64,000 nt of DNA from Bacteroidia bacterium (GTDB taxonomy: Bacteria > Bacteroidota > Bacteroidia > Bacteroidales > VadinHA17). Every line of letters starts with the position of its first letter. Positions within the stretch are counted from its first letter, which is position 1. A program made the position numbers and the translations under genes. The notes below the pieces were generated by a model. The model was not told where the DNA came from. It was given only the letters and a program-made list of their open reading frames with translations, and searched no databases. This document shows, in pieces, positions 60,056-64,000 of the stretch. Where the stretch lies: assembly GCA_026391215.1 (NCBI GenBank), contig JAPLDX010000056.1, positions 44,827 through 108,826 on the forward strand, in the 5' to 3' direction.

Positions 60056-60718
60056 GATATTAGCTTTAGGTCATAAATATCACTGCAAAAATTAAGCCAG
60101 TTTTTACTTCTAAAATTCGAACATTATAGCCTGAAAGTCAATAAATACCGCTTTCTCTTTTCTTAATTTGATATTTGAAGACATCCAAATAAGAAATGAA
60201 CCATTATTTGTATTTTCTTATTAATAGTTTTACCTTAACGCGTCTGAAAATACAAAACCAATGCTGTTTATAACATGATGATTTTTAATAAATTTAATTT
60301 TATAACAATTAGAGTTTGTCATTATACTTGAAAGTACATATGAATATACCCGCTTACTGCTTGGTTTTATTTCCAATTGGCGCATATACTGACTAATATA
60401 ATAATCAATGTTGAAAGTGCTGCTAATTAGTCTGCTGAAAACACCGCATCACGTGGTATATTATAACTTTCACCCTTACCCGTATTAGTTACATAGTAGC
60501 GTAAATAAGTTTTCTTATCTTTGCCAGGAGCAACGAATTTTAAAGTAAATTTCTTAATTTTCATAACGATAATATTACGATGTTTTTATATACAGATTCA
60601 GAAAACAGTAAAAAATCATATAACATTAATTATTAACAACATAACAAACATGCAAGATTAATTTCAAGTAGCAAAAGAACTTCGCAAATTTACCTATAAT
60701 AACAAAATTAGAAACCCA

Positions 60719-61183
60719 ATGGCACAATTAAAGGAAGGCATGACTGCACCTCCTTTTGAGGGTATGGATCAGAATGGAATAGTGGTGAAATCAAGTGATT
60801 TTAGAGGAAAGAAGATTGTGCTTTACTTCTATCCCAAGGACAGTACGCCAGGCTGTACGGCCGAAGCTTGCAATCTCCGCGACAATTACAATTCTCTACT
60901 GAAGAAGGGATTTGCAGTGATCGGAATAAGTATGGATAGTGAAAAGTCACATAAGAATTTTGCTGCGAAATATTCCCTTCCCTTTCCACTGATTGCAGAT
61001 ACAACAAAAAAGATCCTCAATGATTATGGTGTCTGGAAGGAGAAAAGCATGTACGGAAAAACTTTTTTAGGTATAGCCAGGACAACTTTCATAATCGATG
61101 AGAAAGGTATCATTGAGAAAGTAATCTCAAAAGTAGAGACTAAAACCCATTCAGAACAGATATTCGGATTATATCAAAAATAA
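60719..61183 (+). CDS. bcp: Thiol peroxidase / peroxiredoxin Bcp
   Basis: 154 aa. [15 protein letters not shown] peroxidatic-Cys motif. Confidence 0.85.
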   Translation: MAQLKEGMTAPPFEGMDQNGIVVKSSDFRGKKIVLYFYPKDSTPGCTAEACNLRDNYNSLLKKGFAVIGISMDSEKSHKNFAAKYSLPFPLIADTTKKILNDYGVWKEKSMYGKTFLGIARTTFIIDEKGIIEKVISKVETKTHSEQIFGLYQK

Positions 61184-61193
61184 AACCTACTAT

Positions 61194-62201
61194 ATGAGCA
61201 AAGAAAGAAAAGAGATCAATAAAGAGAAGCTTAAAGCGCTCGAAGTCACCCTGGGTAAAATTGAAAAGGATTTTGGGAAGGGTACAATAATGAAGCTTGG
61301 CGATCATGCCATTGAGAATATACAGGTTATCTCCACCGGTTCTATCGGGCTTGATGCAGCCCTTGGCATCGGAGGTTTTCCGCGCGGACGTGTTATTGAG
61401 ATCTACGGACCTGAGGCTTCAGGAAAGACGACACTCGCTATTCATGCAATAGCCGAAGCTCAGAAGAACGGCGGTATTGCGGCAATAATCGATGCTGAAC
61501 ATACTTTCGACCGTAATTATGCTGAAAAGCTTGGCGTTGACGTGGAGAACCTTCTCATCTCCCAGCCCGATAACGGGGAACAAGCCCTTGAGATAACTGA
61601 TAACCTCATCAGATCAGGAGCTCTCGATATTGTGGTTATCGATTCTGTGGCAGCCCTCACACCCAAGGCTGAAATTGAAGGTGAAATGGGTGATTCAAAA
61701 ATGGGGCTGCAGGCAAGGCTGATGTCTCAGGCTCTCAGGAAGCTCACTGCAAACATCAGCAAAACAAATACTTCCTGCGTATTCATAAATCAGCTCAGGG
61801 AAAAGATTGGAATAGTGTTTGGAAACCCTGAAACCACTACCGGAGGAAATGCGCTTAAATTTTATGCATCTGTGAGGGTGGATATTCGGCGTACAAGCCA
61901 GTTAAAAGAGGGCGAAGAGATCATTGGTAACCGCACGAGAGTCAAAATTGTGAAGAACAAGCTTGCCCCTCCTTTCAGAAAAGCTGATTTTGACATCCTC
62001 TATGGAGAAGGGATTTCACAGCTCGGTGAAATTGTTGACCTCGGCACTGACTTAAATATTATTAAAAAGAGCGGCTCCTGGTTCAGCTATGGTGAAACAA
62101 GGATTGGACAGGGACGCGACGCAGTCAAACAGATACTGAAAGATAATCCTGAATTATATGATGAGCTTAAGGCCAAAGTACAGGAAGCTCTTAAGAAATA
62201 A
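61194..62201 (+). CDS. recA: Recombinase RecA
   Basis: 335 aa. [11 protein letters not shown] Walker [33 protein letters not shown]. Confidence 0.95.
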   Translation: MSKERKEINKEKLKALEVTLGKIEKDFGKGTIMKLGDHAIENIQVISTGSIGLDAALGIGGFPRGRVIEIYGPEASGKTTLAIHAIAEAQKNGGIAAIIDAEHTFDRNYAEKLGVDVENLLISQPDNGEQALEITDNLIRSGALDIVVIDSVAALTPKAEIEGEMGDSKMGLQARLMSQALRKLTANISKTNTSCVFINQLREKIGIVFGNPETTTGGNALKFYASVRVDIRRTSQLKEGEEIIGNRTRVKIVKNKLAPPFRKADFDILYGEGISQLGEIVDLGTDLNIIKKSGSWFSYGETRIGQGRDAVKQILKDNPELYDELKAKVQEALKK

Positions 62202-62226
62202 TAATTTAATCTAAATAGTGTCACCT

Positions 62227-64000
62227 ATGAAAAGATATCAGGTTACGATAAGTCTTCTGTTAATGCTATTTTCGGTATCATGCAAACAGAAGGAAACTGT
62301 CACGGTGGAATCCGCACCACAATTTAATAATCAACTAACTGCTGAAGAAAAAGCCGGTGGTGTGATAACACCTGAAATAATGTGGAAATTCGGCAGACTT
62401 GGCAACATAGCCCTCTCTCCTGACGGATCAACTGTCCTTTATACAGTTACTGAAAGAGATTTAATGACAGAAGCCAGCAGAACAAACATATTCAGCATCC
62501 CCATTACGGGAGGAGACCCGGTACAGCTTACAACCGATGGAGGAAGCTCCCCCCGGTGGTTCGGTGACGGTAAGTCATTTGCCTACGTGAACAACGACGG
62601 GAAACTGGTGATAACAGACCCAAAAGGTTCTGTTAAACAGACTGTTGAAGGCCTTGACAATTTCGAGATATTCAGCATATCACCGGCCGGAGACAATATT
62701 TACTTCACGAAAAGGGTAAAGCTCGATCTGACCGCTAACGAGAAATACAATTTGCCAAAGGCCAAAGTAAGAATAATAGACAATCTGATGTACCGTCACT
62801 GGAATTCATGGAGCGATTATTCATACAGCCATATTTTTGTCGCGTCCTTCAACGGGAAAAGCGTTTCAGGTGAAAAAGACATAATGGACGGTCAGAAATT
62901 CGAGTCACCTCTTTCTCCATATTTTGATGAGGGTGAAATCTCATGGAGTCCCGACGGTAAATACATTGCCTATACAACAAAGAGACTTCGTGGTAAAGAG
63001 GATGCCCGGAGTACTAATTCAGACATCATACTTTATGAAGTCTCTTCAGGAAAAGAAATAAATATCTCTGAAGGGAACAGAGGTTATGACAGGTCTCCTG
63101 TCTTTTCACCCGATGGAGCAAAAATTGCTTATCAAAGCATGGAAAGAGACGGGTATGAGGCTGATCTTGACAGGCTTATGGTCTATGATATTAATACTAA
63201 AAACCGTACCTGGGTAACGAAAGGCTGGGAATTTGATGTACAAAATATCAACTGGGCAGATGAACAGAATATTTATTTTATCTGTGAATATCTGGGAACT
63301 TCACAGGTTTTTAAAACAAACCTCAGCATTAAAGGTGTTGACCGTGTTACAGAAGGCAATCATGGACTCGGTTCTTTGCAAATGGAATCAGGGAAAATTG
63401 CAGCATCAATGATGTCATTTTCGCTGGCGATGGAAGTTGCTGCTATTGATATGAATACCGGTGAAGTAAAACAGATCAGTGGAATAAACAAAGCCATCTA
63501 TGAATCCATAAAGATGGGGAAAGCGGAAGAGAAATATGTCAAGACCTCGGATGGCAAGGATCTCCAGATGTGGATTATCTTTCCTCCTGATTTCGATCCT
63601 GCAAAAAAATACCCGGCTCTTCTTTTCTGCAATGGAGGACCCCAGAGCTCACTAAGTCCTTTTTGGTCATATCGCTGGAATATGCAGATGATGGCTGCAA
63701 AAGGATATATTGTATATGCTCCAAACCGAAGAGGCGTTGTCGGATTCGGTCAGGCCTGGAAAGAACAGATCTCACAAGATTATGGCGGAAAAAATATGCA
63801 GGATTATCTTGATGCCACAGATGCTATGGCAAAGGAACCATATGTTGATTCTCAGCGTATGGGAGCTGTTGGAGCAAGCTATGGCGGATATTCTGTTTTC
63901 TATCTGGCCGGGATCCACGGAGGAAGATTCAAGGTATTCATCTCACATTGCGGCGTTTTCAATTTTATCAGTGAATATGGTTCCACTGAAGAACTGTGGT
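62227..64000 (+). CDS. S9-family serine peptidase (beta-propeller plus prolyl-oligopeptidase-type hydrolase), lipoprotein; 3' end runs off the window
   Basis: Absent from the ORF track because no stop lies in the window. My translation from the ATG at 62227 gives MKRYQVTISLLLMLFSVSC..., a TolB-like propeller region, then the in-frame nucleophile elbow GASYGGYS at about 63871-63894. Confidence 0.8.
   Translation, partial: MKRYQVTISLLLMLFSVSCKQKETVTVESAPQFNNQLTAEEKAGGVITPEIMWKFGRLGNIALSPDGSTVLYTVTERDLMTEASRTNIFSIPITGGDPVQLTTDGGSSPRWFGDGKSFAYVNNDGKLVITDPKGSVKQTVEGLDNFEIFSISPAGDNIYFTKRVKLDLTANEKYNLPKAKVRIIDNLMYRHWNSWSDYSYSHIFVASFNGKSVSGEKDIMDGQKFESPLSPYFDEGEISWSPDGKYIAYTTKRLRGKEDARSTNSDIILYEVSSGKEINISEGNRGYDRSPVFSPDGAKIAYQSMERDGYEADLDRLMVYDINTKNRTWVTKGWEFDVQNINWADEQNIYFICEYLGTSQVFKTNLSIKGVDRVTEGNHGLGSLQMESGKIAASMMSFSLAMEVAAIDMNTGEVKQISGINKAIYESIKMGKAEEKYVKTSDGKDLQMWIIFPPDFDPAKKYPALLFCNGGPQSSLSPFWSYRWNMQMMAAKGYIVYAPNRRGVVGFGQAWKEQISQDYGGKNMQDYLDATDAMAKEPYVDSQRMGAVGASYGGYSVFYLAGIHGGRFKVFISHCGVFNFISEYGSTEELW

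Larger units (their letters stand above)
53899..60700. other. AT-rich ~6.8-kb putative inserted islet bounded by imperfect 23-nt direct repeats
   Basis: AACTTCGTAAATTTATTTATAAT (53899-53921) vs AACTTCGCAAATTTACCTATAAT (60678-60700), 20/23 identical. Hand GC counts on sample 60-nt lines are about 25-38% inside and about 42-52% in the flanks. All eight genes are on the minus strand. Confidence 0.45.

Overview
This 64-kb window looks like chromosomal DNA from a Bacteroidota-type genome. The evidence is two proteins with type IX secretion (T9SS) C-terminal sorting domains, many lipobox lipoproteins, and GWxTD and SPOR proteins. About 45 protein genes are tightly packed.

Most are housekeeping or envelope functions: recA, bcp, rlmN, rlmD, rlmB, an ABC-F ATPase, dcp, GH20/GH3/GH43 glycosidases, L,D-transpeptidases and a nucleoside permease. 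There are also two tRNA-Ser genes.

Four parts are not ordinary:
1. An AT-rich block of about 6.8 kb (53.9-60.7 kb) lies between a SPOR/TPR gene and bcp-recA and is bracketed by an imperfect 23-nt direct repeat. It carries eight co-oriented genes: six predicted lipoproteins (two are BNR/Asp-box propeller paralogs), then a Cys-Cys lipoprotein translationally coupled to a radical SAM/SPASM enzyme.
2. A co-oriented minus-strand block (17.5-36.5 kb) holds a beta-barrel OMP, a 4189-aa T9SS protein built from 48 FG-GAP/VCBS blades in seven modules, and two tandem secreted caspase-fold (C14) proteins with Ig-like repeat stalks.
3. A PP2C/SpoIIE phosphatase sits 14 nt upstream of a 760-aa ABC/OLD-like ATPase whose C-terminus resembles a Toprim domain with substituted catalytic residues. 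The pair lies next to tRNA-Ser(GCT).
4. A GC-rich multi-hairpin element follows both tRNA-Ser genes, and compensatory base changes between the two copies preserve its stems. A separate pair of mutually exclusive perfect 13-bp hairpins lies upstream of a transaldolase-family gene.

I saw no CRISPR array, integrase, transposase or rRNA. All calls come from reading the sequence and the supplied translations. Family names are from memory of motifs, and no searches or computations were run.
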